Of a stretch of DNA of 14,831 nt, positions 14,631 through 14,831 are shown piece after piece (within the stretch, counting starts at the first letter, position 1; each line of letters starts with the position of its first letter). Position numbers and translations under genes: made by a program. The notes under the pieces were generated by a model, which worked only from the letters and a program-made list of their open reading frames with translations, ran no database searches and was not told the DNA's origin. Origin of the DNA: a virus; the UHGV virus genome UHGV-0322133; one strand, 5' to 3'.

Positions 14631-14831
14631 ATGCAACACGAACTACAACCTGATTCACTGGTTGATTTGAAATTCATCATGGCTGATACTGGCTTCGGTA
14701 AAACCTTCATCTATGACCGGATTAAGTCCGGCGACCTGCCAAAAGCCAAAGTTATCCACGGGCGAGCAAGATGGTTATATCGTGACCATTGTGAATTCAA
14801 AAATAAGCTCTTAAGCCGCGCCAATGGGTAA
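14631..14831 (+). CDS. xis: AlpA/Xis-family excisionase-type DNA-binding protein (66 aa)
   Basis: The segment LVDLKFIMADTGFGKTFIYDRIKSGDLPKAKVIHGRARWLYRDHCEFKNKL fits the AlpA/excisionase winged-helix pattern (..TG.s..tiY..i..G.fP.p.k.g.r..W....v..w). It sits at the distal end of the PL operon, so int is expected just beyond the window. Confidence 0.8.
   Translation: MQHELQPDSLVDLKFIMADTGFGKTFIYDRIKSGDLPKAKVIHGRARWLYRDHCEFKNKLLSRANG

Overview
This window is the early and immunity region of a mosaic lambdoid prophage, cut off at its left edge by a fragment of an IS21-family (IS100-like) element. All homology calls come from reading the translations and from memory of well-known phage sequences. 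No database search was run.

Rightward (PR) operon, on the minus strand, 5363 down to about 561:
- cro, nutR, a CII/P22-C1-type activator and an oop-like antisense RNA.
- An O/gp18-type replication initiator that carries the origin: six TGGACAA iterons in 11-bp phase plus an AT-rich tract.
- A DnaB-type helicase followed by a terminator-like hairpin.
- Several small membrane or hypothetical ORFs, then ninB and ninE.
- A C5 cytosine methyltransferase gene that breaks at about 561-568 and is joined to the last 57 codons of istA, followed by istB. The IS lacks its own 5' end, so this is a deletion or rearrangement joint, not a simple insertion. No Q, lysis or structural genes follow.

Immunity centre, 5377-6700:
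- Three 14-bp operators matching phage 434 OR1-OR3, with 434-type Cro and cI.
- A signal-peptide protein translationally coupled to cI.
- Three more ACAA-N6-TTGT operators at PL.
- A lambda-type nutL and N.

Leftward (PL) operon, on the plus strand, 6866-14831:
- Two unknown ORFs, one of them very acidic, then a structured 220-bp noncoding stretch with tandem terminators.
- cIII-like and kil-like genes, and a RecT recombinase with a Gp157-family partner but no recognisable exonuclease.
- A long exo-xis-type accessory block: two Ea22-like ORFs, Cys-rich/zinc-ribbon proteins, a GNAT-like ORF flanked by a 22-nt direct repeat, and a DUF551 protein.
- A terminator-insulated two-gene unit, and an AlpA/Xis-type excisionase at the right edge.

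The best candidates for new biology are the repeat-flanked GNAT-like plus zinc-ribbon cassette, the lysogen-expressed secreted protein beside cI, the exonuclease-less RecT module, and the small membrane peptides after the helicase. All of these are hypotheses.
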